Under the pieces are notes generated by a model. It made no database searches and was not told where the DNA came from. It was given only the letters and a program-made list of their open reading frames with translations. A stretch of DNA of 64,000 nucleotides, from positions 28,772 through 92,771 of the IMG/VR virus record IMGVR_UViG_3300014502_000001; one strand, 5' to 3'. The stretch's first letter is position 1. Every line of letters starts with the position of its first letter. Below are positions 63,117 to 64,000 of this stretch, piece by piece. Source of the DNA: a virus. The position numbers were made by a program, and so were the translations under genes.

Positions 63117-63661
63117 ATTGAATTCTCCTGCAAGTATTCACCACTCAGCGTTTCCTCTGATAAAAGAAACGCAGATTCCTTCTGTCCCTTCAACCACTGG
63201 AAAAATGCTGGCCAGTACCAGCGATTGAAATTAGTGGATTTGTGGCAAGGATCCTTGCACAAGCTGACCAGATTATCTGGTCTGTGATTGTCTTTATCAC
63301 AATCGATGTGATGCACATCAAGCTTCTTACCATTTTCTGGTTTGCCACACATCTGACAGACTCTGCCATCACGATTACGAATCTGCTCTCTGAGTCTCTC
63401 GTGCCAGCCGTCGCCATATGGCTCAGAGCATTTTCCACCTTGCCAATTCCAATGATTAGGACCACTAGCTGCTAAACTTGCTTTCTCTATTGCCTCTGCG
63501 CTTTTGCACCAGCGACTGCCAAAAGCATTTTTATTTCCAAGCTTAGCAAGACTCAGATTCGCCTTCCACTCAGCAGAAAAAGGCAATCTACTTTTTCCAG
63601 TTTTGGACAGACTTATCCTATTCTTCAGATCCTCACTGCAATGCTGTCCTTTTCTCATCAC
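63113..63661 (-). CDS. Free-standing HNH homing endonuclease
   Basis: IRNRDGRVCQMC..DVHHID.DK.N..NLVSLC..CH. Confidence 0.9.
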   Translation of the reverse strand: MMRKGQHCSEDLKNRISLSKTGKSRLPFSAEWKANLSLAKLGNKNAFGSRWCKSAEAIEKASLAASGPNHWNWQGGKCSEPYGDGWHERLREQIRNRDGRVCQMCGKPENGKKLDVHHIDCDKDNHRPDNLVSLCKDPCHKSTNFNRWYWPAFFQWLKGQKESAFLLSEETLSGEYLQENSI

Positions 63662-63972
63662 TTTTTCTGTTCGGACACTTCAACGTACGACACGACGCGT
63701 TCCACTTTTACAGGAGTGCCAAAAGTGACTTCGCCATCCAGCACCATGTAGCTGGCCAAATAATAGACATCCATATCAGAGGGTGACATGGGTGCCATAG
63801 ACGGCTCACTGGAACGCAGCAGAACCGAGTCCTCGGAGAAGTCGGTCATGTAATATCCCGGCAGCTTTTCCCGCACAGCGTCGTTCATCATCTGGTTGAG
63901 GGAGTCAAATTGCTGCTCAAGCAGCATAGCGCCCGTATGACGTACACGAGCTGCAAGTTTGTTGTCGCTCAT
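63658..63972 (-). CDS. Hypothetical head-module protein
   Basis: GGAG RBS; Y.....G.VTFG.PVKVER..SY pattern. Confidence 0.65.
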   Translation of the reverse strand: MSDNKLAARVRHTGAMLLEQQFDSLNQMMNDAVREKLPGYYMTDFSEDSVLLRSSEPSMAPMSPSDMDVYYLASYMVLDGEVTFGTPVKVERVVSYVEVSEQKK

Positions 63973-64000
63973 TGTCCAATCTCCATTAACTGACCTGTAA

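Noticed and set aside
1-64000. Prophage status and host assignment
   Set aside because: No integrase, att site or host genes are visible; sigma70-like promoters and GT9 genes only weakly suggest a diderm bacterial host.

Overview
Internal 64-kb segment of a large tailed dsDNA phage genome. Essentially every credible gene is on the minus strand, tightly packed with ATGA/TGATG overlaps. In transcription order (right to left): (i) a head module with a T4 gp21-like prohead protease fused to a scaffold, a T4 gp23-like major capsid protein and two very basic repeat proteins; (ii) a glycosylation cassette (GT9, GT9-GT2-GT9, SAM methyltransferase, GT2) inserted between the capsid and neck genes; (iii) a sheath-less, siphovirus-type tail module with a 1712-aa tape measure, fibre/lectin-like genes and a possible lysis block; (iv) an early region of small ORFs headed by a COOH-NH2 ligase and a class II glutamine amidotransferase behind sigma70-type promoters; (v) a replication region with an SF2 helicase, an HTH gene next to an origin-like repeat region, a DnaB-like helicase, a nucleotide-metabolism/modification cluster (Nmad1-like, flavoprotein::dUTPase-like fusion, NTase-like, radical SAM/SPASM, ThyX-like), DnaE carrying an HNH intein and a fused C-terminal family-4 UDG, UvsY-like, SSB, RecA, 5'-3' exonuclease, Mre11 and Rad50. 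Five free-standing homing endonucleases (3 HNH, 2 GIY-YIG) are interspersed. No tRNA, rRNA, CRISPR array or integrase was seen; terminase, portal and primase presumably lie outside the window. The best candidates for new biology are: polyprotein-like basic proteins whose EYGVxGMKWG units sit at T4-type protease sites; a capsid-linked glycosylation cassette whose enzymes share an N-terminal motif with a tail-region protein; the nucleotide-modification cluster; and the DnaE-UDG fusion. All calls rest on motif recognition by eye, with no database search.
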